From: a virus
Taxonomy: Duplodnaviria > Caudoviricetes
Strand: one strand, 5' to 3'
IMG/VR virus record: IMGVR_UViG_3300032203_000014
Location: 1-51,540 of that record
DNA length: 51,540 nt
A program made the position numbers and the translations under genes. Positions 44,481-51,540 of the stretch are shown piece by piece; position 1 is the stretch's first letter; each line of letters opens with the position of its first letter. The notes beneath the pieces are model-generated. The model was given only the letters and a program-made list of their open reading frames with translations. It ran no database searches and was not told where the DNA came from.

Positions 44481-47400
44481 TTAAACCTCTGTCACTGTGA
44501 TGATATATTTCCCGCCTTCGTTTTTCACTTCGTCGATGCGGAACCTGGTACCGGGCATAAACAAGACCTCCCGCTCTCCCTGGTATTTAGAATACTGGGA
44601 GACGTTCACACCAGTCTTGCCGTTAACCCGCATATACACGTTGCCAGAGAAGGCTGCCTGCTCGTCATAGGAAGTCGAGACAAAGGCGGAGTCTTCAATG
44701 ACCGCGCCTTTCCTGTACGTGGCGAGGACCTTCTTCAGCTCTTCTTGCCCGAAGCTCATGCCGCGCGAAGAGATGCCTTGATACTTCGGCATCTTGGCAA
44801 GACCATGCTGGGCGGCCTCTACATAGGCCTGCAGTGCGGTGTCTCCCGCATACTTCCCATCACGTAAGGCGTTGTTTAGCTGCTTATACGCACTGCCAGT
44901 GTAAGTCGTAATGGCCGATGCCTCTACCTCTGTTAGCTCAGGCAGGTTGAGCCTACGCTGGCTGGCGTTGATCGAGTCGAAGACCAAGGTAGGAATGCGG
45001 CCCGAGTATTTACGGATGCCAGCTTCGCGCTGGGCGTCTGTAAACCTTGGGGGCGGAGGAATCCCTTCCCGCGGAGTAGCGGCAGGCCGAGCAGGCGTCA
45101 AGTCAACCTCGGCAGCCGAAGCTGGTGGCGGGGCCGTCACAGAGGGCTTAGGCGCCACGGCCGCTTGTGACGGGCCTCCCTTCTTCAGCTCGTACGCCGC
45201 AGCCTCTTTCAGCTTGACCTTGGCCGAGGCTGACGGCTCATATCCTGCCAGCTGCTTCACCAGCTTGTTGGTCTTGACAGGACCAAAGCCGGCTGCTTGG
45301 GCCTTCTTATAGGCCTCCAGAGCAGCTTTACCCTTGGCATCGAGGCCTGCCATATACTTCTCGATCGTCGGGCTGGCAGTGAACCCCTGGGGAGCCTTAA
45401 AGGCCGCATTCAAGTAAGGCTTGCTCGCCGCCTTGGATGTGGCGAGCTGGTATTGCGCCAGTTCCAGCAAGTCGGTTGCGCCAGGCTCTTTAAGGGAGCC
45501 AAAGACCGCCTTCATGGCGTCGAAGGCATCGGCAGGTGTTCCGCCTGCCGCTAGTACCGACTTCACCTTGTCCAGGGCTTTTGCCGAGGTGCTGCCCAGG
45601 GTAGTGCCTGCCAGCTTTGGTGGCGATACGGGGCCAGAGGTTGCGGCCTTTACCGTCGCGCTCTCTGCCAGCCCAGTTGCTTTGGCAAAACCTGCAGGGT
45701 CGGCCTTCTTCCACAGGCTCTTCCATGTAGCGACCTTGCCCATGTTCAAGTCTGCGGCATTGAGCGGGTACTGTTTTGCCAGTGACTCGATAACTGCCTT
45801 GCTATCCAGCACGCCCTGTGCCATCAGCTCCAAGCCCTTTGCTTTCAGCTCAGACTGCCCAAGCTTGAGAGGCGATGGCGCTGCAGCCACTTCAGCCGGT
45901 GCCGCGACAGCCGCCTGCGGAGTGACCGGTGTGGGGACCACATCAGGAATCACCTTGGCATTGACAACAGGGGTGGCCGCCTTATTGGGTAGCAGGCCGT
46001 CCTTCTTGAGCTGACTCTTATAGCTCTGAATGGAGGCCAGTTTGGTCTTGGCCTGCGGGAACTCTGCTAGTACCGAGTCCAGGACCTGGGCATCAGGCAT
46101 CCCTTGCTGTAGCAGGGCTTTTGCCAGGCTTCCGACTGTCGTGTGCTTGCCAGCTACCTCAAAGGGCAAAGCGGGGCCACCGGGCAAAGCTGGCTTGGCA
46201 TTGACAGAAGGAATGGGGAACTTGTCCGCCATAGCCTTCTTGGCCGCCTCGATGGCTGGAGCAAAGACCTTGTTGAACTCCATGGCGCTCAGGCCTTGAG
46301 ACGTCAGAGCGCTCGGGCTTAATGCCTGGGCGTAGACCTCTGCCACGAGCTCATCAGCACTGCTCAGATAGTACGAGTAGAGCTTACGAGCGTCTGGCGT
46401 CATGGCCTTCGCCGAAGCCTTCAGGCTTGCCAGAACCTGGTCCGGCAATAGGAGGTCGTGCTGCTTGTGAAGCAGGTGGCCGAGCTCGTGCGCCGCGACC
46501 TGTTGGGCTTGAGCAGCAGGTATGGCGGACAACTTGGAGCCACTCAGCATCACCCCTTTGCCGGCCTGATAGTACCCATAAGCGCCCGGCGAGCCATCAA
46601 GGGAATCTACGACGGTAGACCATTGCCCACTAATAGCATGTTTGACATTGGCTGGCAGGGAAGCGTCCAGATTGTCCACGACATCGGCCACGGTTTTGGC
46701 TTGCTTCAGGGCTCCTGCCGGAACCTTGAACTCGGGCGCGATATTAAGGGCGCCTGCCTTGTTCAGCTCGGACTTGTAGGAAGCGATCGACGCCGCCGAA
46801 GTGCTCGCATCGGGGAACTCAGCTTTGGTCTGCTCCAGCACCTCACTTGAAGAGAAACCCTGCTGAAGCAGGGACTTGGCTTTCAAACCTACGCCTGGCT
46901 GGATGACGTTCAGCTTGTCTCCAGCCACCTCGGCTTGAAGCTGCTGGAGTGAGTATGGTTTACCCCGCTCGTCGACGAACTTATCGAGGGGCATGCCTTT
47001 GCGGAACAGTTCAGCCTTGCCCTTGCCCAGCACTTCATCCTGGAATGAGGAAGACTGGCCCTTCAGCCAGGTCTGGTAGTTCATAGAGGAGGGAGCCTGC
47101 CCAATATTCTCGGCTGTCCACTTATCACGCGCTTTCTTTATCGCGGCATTCCGCTCAGACACGCTCATCTTCTTCCATGCCACATCGCCCGCATCAGCTT
47201 TGGCATTGGCCCTGAAGTCGACCTCTCGCTGTGCACGCGTACGAGTATCCGTCACATAGGGGCGATCGCCAACAATCTCCTCGCCTTTAAGCACCGGGAC
47301 CACCGTGGAGCGGCAGTTGGGATGGGCTGGAGGGCGCGGCCCCTTGTCGATAGGGTAGACACAGCCGTCCCGCGATTGGCACACGGGAGAAGTGCGGCCG

Positions 47401-48071
47401 TCCAGGGTAGCTACCCAGCGCACACCTTCGATGATGTCTGCGTTGGCATCCCAGGTTGCCTGCCGAGCTGCGTTGGATACGTGGTTGGCAGTCGTGCGGG
47501 CGATCATTTCAGCTTCCCGCTTAGTGATGTCCAGCACCCCATCCTTGTAGTTATTGGCCTTGGTGCCGCGAATACGCCTCACCAACTGGTCATTAGTCTC
47601 TCCAGCCAGGATGCCAAGACGCATCTGCTGCTCGATGCGGGTGACATCATTCACCACCATCTTGCCTAGCCAACCAGACAGGGGGACGCCTGTGACGGGA
47701 GACCCGGCCACCGCCTTGAGTACCGAGACAGGTACCGTATTCAGAGACAGAGCGACAGGGGAAGCACCCGAGATGGCTGCGAGCTCCCACTCAGCCTCGG
47801 TCTTTGCCAGGCCTTCCATATCGGAATTCAGGGAGTCATTGATCTTGGCCACCATACCTTCACGGAGCCGCTGCACTTCAGCCATCAGGCTGCGCAAGCG
47901 GGCTTCCGTTGCTTCGGTCAGGTCTGCCACTTGTAGCTTAGCCAGTAACTCAGCATTGGATGCTGCAAGCAGGTCTGCCGCTGCCTGAGCTTCTCCCTGG
48001 GAGAAGCGCAGCAGCTTGATTTGATGCCTTATGGTGGCATCAAGCAATTCTTCGTTGGCCGTCTTCGCCAT
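44481..48071 (-). CDS. MuF (SPP1 gp7-like) minor head protein fused to helical repeats, a HExxH metallopeptidase-like region and a C-terminal VIP2-like ADP-ribosyltransferase
   Basis: MuF motifs WVATLDGRTSPVCQSRDG and PPAHPNCRS; AAHELGH...ELVAE; ART motifs YTGSAYKQLNNALR, SSRG, FVSTS, EREVLF.PGTRF. Confidence 0.9.
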   Translation of the reverse strand: MAKTANEELLDATIRHQIKLLRFSQGEAQAAADLLAASNAELLAKLQVADLTEATEARLRSLMAEVQRLREGMVAKINDSLNSDMEGLAKTEAEWELAAISGASPVALSLNTVPVSVLKAVAGSPVTGVPLSGWLGKMVVNDVTRIEQQMRLGILAGETNDQLVRRIRGTKANNYKDGVLDITKREAEMIARTTANHVSNAARQATWDANADIIEGVRWVATLDGRTSPVCQSRDGCVYPIDKGPRPPAHPNCRSTVVPVLKGEEIVGDRPYVTDTRTRAQREVDFRANAKADAGDVAWKKMSVSERNAAIKKARDKWTAENIGQAPSSMNYQTWLKGQSSSFQDEVLGKGKAELFRKGMPLDKFVDERGKPYSLQQLQAEVAGDKLNVIQPGVGLKAKSLLQQGFSSSEVLEQTKAEFPDASTSAASIASYKSELNKAGALNIAPEFKVPAGALKQAKTVADVVDNLDASLPANVKHAISGQWSTVVDSLDGSPGAYGYYQAGKGVMLSGSKLSAIPAAQAQQVAAHELGHLLHKQHDLLLPDQVLASLKASAKAMTPDARKLYSYYLSSADELVAEVYAQALSPSALTSQGLSAMEFNKVFAPAIEAAKKAMADKFPIPSVNAKPALPGGPALPFEVAGKHTTVGSLAKALLQQGMPDAQVLDSVLAEFPQAKTKLASIQSYKSQLKKDGLLPNKAATPVVNAKVIPDVVPTPVTPQAAVAAPAEVAAAPSPLKLGQSELKAKGLELMAQGVLDSKAVIESLAKQYPLNAADLNMGKVATWKSLWKKADPAGFAKATGLAESATVKAATSGPVSPPKLAGTTLGSTSAKALDKVKSVLAAGGTPADAFDAMKAVFGSLKEPGATDLLELAQYQLATSKAASKPYLNAAFKAPQGFTASPTIEKYMAGLDAKGKAALEAYKKAQAAGFGPVKTNKLVKQLAGYEPSASAKVKLKEAAAYELKKGGPSQAAVAPKPSVTAPPPASAAEVDLTPARPAATPREGIPPPPRFTDAQREAGIRKYSGRIPTLVFDSINASQRRLNLPELTEVEASAITTYTGSAYKQLNNALRDGKYAGDTALQAYVEAAQHGLAKMPKYQGISSRGMSFGQEELKKVLATYRKGAVIEDSAFVSTSYDEQAAFSGNVYMRVNGKTGVNVSQYSKYQGEREVLFMPGTRFRIDEVKNEGGKYIITVTEV

Positions 48072-49567
48072 TACTCGTCTCCAGCGCCAGGCTCAATTAC
48101 CAGGTCAGGATCAGGCAGAGGGTTGAGAGTGGGCGTCTGCGTCCCATTGCCATTGTTGAACATGCCTCCCAGAGTGTTGGAGCCTTCTTCCTCCAAAAGC
48201 TCCTGGTCTGCCTCCTCATCGAAGTCGTCGGAGAGGATACCGCGCGCCTGCATTTCCCCGAGGAGAGTCTTACGGGAGATGTCCCGGGCGGCCCGCATCT
48301 TCATGAGGGTGTCGAGGGCGGAAGCATCGGTCTCGGAGATGCCCAAGTTATGGTTGAGGACAACAGACCCCCCATCATCTTGACACAGCCAATCCGCCGT
48401 ATACTGCAGAGCCAGCTCAATCGCATCCTGGAAGTCCATGACTGTGGCACCCAGATAGGAGACGGCTTCCGCGCTGTCCAGGGCCCGACCGGTGGCGGTC
48501 TCGTTGCCCGTCTTCTTGCGAAGGAACTCAGCTCCATAAGATGCCATCTGGTTTTCAAGGCTTTCCAGGTCAGTCTGGCCTGCCGAGATGGCTGCGCCCG
48601 TGTGCTCGACATAGTACCATTTGCCCTCAGGTTCTTCAGTCGTCAGAAAGCGGTTGGGGCCAATCTCAATTTTGTAGTCTGAGGGTACCCCAGAGCCTGC
48701 CAGGATGGGGAAGCGAGAGACAGTCAAGACGTTGCGCTGGTCACTGCTGGATCGCCAGTGCGTGACGTTCAGGTGAGCCAGGTCGGTCAGCGGGGGCTTG
48801 CATTCCATCAAGCCAGTACGCTTGGCAGTGTAAAAAGTCACGAGAGGGATATAGTTGAGGTCGGTCGTGCCTTCGCTCTCGATAACCCACTCCTTGTCCT
48901 CTTTGCCGGCTTCCCTGGGGGCCCATACTTGCCAGATGCCGGGCTCCAGTACCCTCACGCGGGTCTTGACCACTTCTTCCCAGCCAGACTGCTCTACAGA
49001 GGTCTCCAGGATGCGGACATGGGTCAATGTCTCCTTGCCATGCAGCATCTGGGCGTATGCGGCAATGATGCACTCAGGAGAGATATGCACCCAGAAGGGG
49101 CGCAAGCCTTCTTCCCGGTCGTCTGCCAAGGTGCGCAGCTCGCCGTCTTCAAGGGGCTCAGGAGTGGCATGCTCCACCAGGACGTGGGAGAAGCCTTTGG
49201 CCCAGGCGTCGCGGAACCAGGCGCGGCAGAAGGCTTGGAGGTTGTTGCCCTGCTGATCGACGTCCTCGAGAAGGTCTGCAATCTCGGGGGAGACATCATC
49301 GCCCAGGACGATCTGCTCTTCAAAGGGCTTGCCTGCTAGGGAATTCAGCGTCTGCTCCGTCATGTTGAAGAGCGCGGCCGAAGACAGGCGATTCTCGTAG
49401 GACTTATTGGATTCGGCGTCATACTGGGGCAGGTACTTACTCCCTGCCGCCCGCATCGCTTCCGTGCCGCCCAGGAGGGCGTCAATCATGTCCCAGCACG
49501 GGACCATACGTTGATAGGCCGACGATGGAGTCGCCACGTTGGCCTTCTTGGGGGTTGTGTCAGCCAT
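48071..49567 (-). CDS. Portal protein (DUF4055-type)
   Basis: LLGGTEAMRAAG.KYLP...Y..RL..A.LFN; PPLTDLAHLN..HWRSSSDQ; directly upstream of MuF. Confidence 0.9.
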   Translation of the reverse strand: MADTTPKKANVATPSSAYQRMVPCWDMIDALLGGTEAMRAAGSKYLPQYDAESNKSYENRLSSAALFNMTEQTLNSLAGKPFEEQIVLGDDVSPEIADLLEDVDQQGNNLQAFCRAWFRDAWAKGFSHVLVEHATPEPLEDGELRTLADDREEGLRPFWVHISPECIIAAYAQMLHGKETLTHVRILETSVEQSGWEEVVKTRVRVLEPGIWQVWAPREAGKEDKEWVIESEGTTDLNYIPLVTFYTAKRTGLMECKPPLTDLAHLNVTHWRSSSDQRNVLTVSRFPILAGSGVPSDYKIEIGPNRFLTTEEPEGKWYYVEHTGAAISAGQTDLESLENQMASYGAEFLRKKTGNETATGRALDSAEAVSYLGATVMDFQDAIELALQYTADWLCQDDGGSVVLNHNLGISETDASALDTLMKMRAARDISRKTLLGEMQARGILSDDFDEEADQELLEEEGSNTLGGMFNNGNGTQTPTLNPLPDPDLVIEPGAGDE

Positions 49568-49649
49568 CACTGGGCTCCTATCGCAAGTTAAACTATACTC
49601 CGCAATGGTAGCCCAGTTCTGGACTCAGTGAAGCCAGCAAGCGCTGGAC

Positions 49650-50078
49650 TTAGACTGCCAAGCTTATCGGGATAAGCCAAGTAACCCAGAAGAATCCATC
49701 ATTGCAAGGCCCAATGATGCCCGCGTCGTCCATGCTTGGGTCCCACTCGATTCGGCCACCGCGTCCGACGACAGTATGATTGACGCCTGTGGCAGATGTC
49801 CCTCCGAGTAGACAGCGGGCATGGGGATTCAGATGCCCTTGCATGGCGAGTAGCTGTTCCAGGGTGCAGTCATAGACAACCTCAACGGGCATCAACCCTT
49901 GAGAGTTGAGATACTGCTCGGCGGCTTTGCTGAAGGCCGGGCCATCATTCCAATGCTTCTCACCAAAGTGCGGGACTTGCTCAGGCTCCAGGTCAAGTAG
50001 GCGGGCAATCGCCGTGCGATGGCAATCACCTATGCTGCCCTGGTCCGGGAGATGGTAGAGCTGTTTGTTGTACTTCAT
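49650..50078 (-). CDS. Hypothetical protein
   Basis: GDCHRTAIA.LLDL...VPHF...NHTVV...WDP; ATGA overlap with the ligase stop. Confidence 0.7.
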   Translation of the reverse strand: MKYNKQLYHLPDQGSIGDCHRTAIARLLDLEPEQVPHFGEKHWNDGPAFSKAAEQYLNSQGLMPVEVVYDCTLEQLLAMQGHLNPHARCLLGGTSATGVNHTVVGRGGRIEWDPSMDDAGIIGPCNDGFFWVTWLIPISLAV

Positions 50079-50972
50079 AGGTCACCTGCCATGCGCTCGC
50101 CCAAGAAGACTGGAAAGCGGGGGGCATCCTTGGAGCCAATGGGGAAGAACTTGTACTTGACCACCTTGCCAAGCCATGCCTCACGAGCCAGCCAGATGAG
50201 GCGGCGTGTAGCAGCGTCGAAGCCGGTGCCAATGTTGAACTCTACACCTGCGAATGGTCCATTGAGACCGCGCACCTTCAGGGCGCCCAGTGTATCCATG
50301 CCAACCATTCCAGCCTTCGAGTGGCCGCGCTCGGTCTGCCCGAGCAGTCCAACTGTTGCCTCGTTGGCATTGTGCATCAGCTCTTCAAAGCCGATGACAA
50401 TCGCCTCTGCGTCCTCAAAGCGCTTCAGCTTGAGAAGGTCCTGCTTGGTGACTGTGCCGCGGCCGAACTTATAGGGCGAGGCATAATGGCGCAGCATCAC
50501 ACCCTCAAAGCCATTGGCAAGCTGCTCGGCCTCATAGGCGTCTAGCTCCATCATCGTGGTAATCATTTCCTGCTCGACGATCAAGCTGCGCCCTGAGCCG
50601 GTCACCAAGTCACGAGCACGTCTCAGGCGACTGTGGTAGGGCTCATTGGGCTCGCGGCAGCAGTCGAATACATGGAACATGGAACATGGCGTCAGGGTCT
50701 CCCTCGATGGACATGACTCCAGAGGAGGTCTGGCGGAAGGCATCCTTGGCTGTAGGGTCTCCAACAATCAGCTCTCCATCCAAGCCATTCAGGAAGTTCT
50801 TCCCAAAGATGGCTTGGATGCGGCGGTTGGGAATAGGCTTGAGATTACGGGACACCACAACGCCATCAATCACGATGGCCCGTATGCCGTCCAGTTTAGG
50901 GCTTCCGAGTAGAGGCAGGCGAAGCTTCTCGAGGTCGGCTGTGCCTGCCAGCATTGGCTTGAATTGGCTCAT
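50075..50972 (-). pseudogene. lig: ATP-dependent DNA ligase disrupted by a 7-bp duplication (or an assembly error)
   Basis: Motifs I (SPKLDGIR) and III (LDGEL) lie in ORF 50643-50972; FHVFD, EGVMLR, LLKLK and PRFPVF lie in ORF 50075-50767; removing one CATGGAA at 50671-50684 gives a single 891-bp ORF. Confidence 0.85.
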
Positions 50973-51039
50973 TCTTCAATCTCCTTAGTTGCATAGGGCG
51001 CCGAGTGGGCGCCCATTAAGGGATATATTAGAGTGGAAG

Positions 51040-51312
51040 CTACTTGGAGGGAGTCAGTGTTGTGAGAGCCTCGCGCATTCCATCCTCGAATGGCGATGGG
51101 GCAAAGCAGACACCTTCTTCCCACTCCTGCCATAGCCGGGCGGTTATGGCAGAGCCTGTGCCCTCCTTCTCCAACGTGTCCTTAACATAGGAATAGCCTT
51201 CTTGGTACTGTGACCTTGCACGGTCTTCCCGGTACGACTTAATCACGCGCTTCAGGACGTCCCAGGCGATGCCTGTGGCTACGGCGACAAGAAACCAGGT
51301 AACCAGGCTCAT
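51040..51312 (-). CDS. Small membrane-anchored protein
   Basis: N-terminal TM helix; AGGAGG RBS. Confidence 0.6.
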   Translation of the reverse strand: MSLVTWFLVAVATGIAWDVLKRVIKSYREDRARSQYQEGYSYVKDTLEKEGTGSAITARLWQEWEEGVCFAPSPFEDGMREALTTLTPSK

Positions 51313-51506
51313 GACTCCTCCTTATCGTCTGTGCGAGCTGTCAGGAAGATACGGGGACGGCCTCCGATGACCTCACAAAGCATTTCCCTTTCTTCCAGTT
51401 CAGGCTTCCAGCGGAGAGCTGAGCAGCCCATAGGCATGATGCCGTAGCAGTCCATTTCCTGGTAGGCTTTGCGCCACTGCAGCTTGCCCTCGAACTCGAC
51501 TTGCAT
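51309..51506 (-). CDS. Hypothetical protein
   Basis: ATGA overlap with the next gene. Confidence 0.45.
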   Translation of the reverse strand: MQVEFEGKLQWRKAYQEMDCYGIMPMGCSALRWKPELEEREMLCEVIGGRPRIFLTARTDDKEES

Positions 51507-51540
51507 TTCATACCGTGCAAGGTTTTCGTTATAGCGGATA

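Noticed and set aside
50643-50767. Programmed frameshift or intron in the ligase
   Set aside because: No slippery heptamer or intervening sequence; an exact 7-bp tandem duplication fully explains the frame break.

Overview
This window is about 51.5 kb of a siphovirus (long-tailed dsDNA phage) genome, probably infecting a Gram-negative proteobacterium, as judged by its Rz/Rz1 spanins and IHF-like sites. The left end has an AT-rich origin-like element and a leftward primase-helicase. From 3.3 to 22.9 kb the + strand carries replication, nucleotide-metabolism and accessory genes: a Cas4-like exonuclease, SSB, PolA, SNF2-like helicase, two MazG-like enzymes, a thymidylate-synthase homologue, dCMP deaminase, DHFR, a resolvase-like nuclease and a HIRAN protein. 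From 23 to 49.6 kb the - strand carries lysis, tail and head genes, interrupted between the scaffold and capsid genes by a ~2.9 kb + strand island. A DNA ligase broken by a 7-bp duplication follows. I saw no terminase, integrase, tRNA or CRISPR array. Main highlights: (1) the thymidylate-synthase homologue carries both substitutions known to switch the enzyme to dCMP (Asn177->Asp, His147 lost) and sits with DHFR, dCMP deaminase and a MazG-Nmad1 fusion, suggesting a natural dCMP methylase pathway; (2) a 1196-aa MuF head protein carries a HExxH peptidase motif and an R-S-E ADP-ribosyltransferase, with a candidate immunity gene and a NADAR gene nearby; (3) a ~50-aa helical module is shared between that MuF protein and two early genes; (4) a ~240-bp non-coding element occurs twice in inverted orientation about 40 kb apart; (5) a five-copy promoter family has a non-canonical -35 box. 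All family assignments come from reading motifs by eye, not from database searches.
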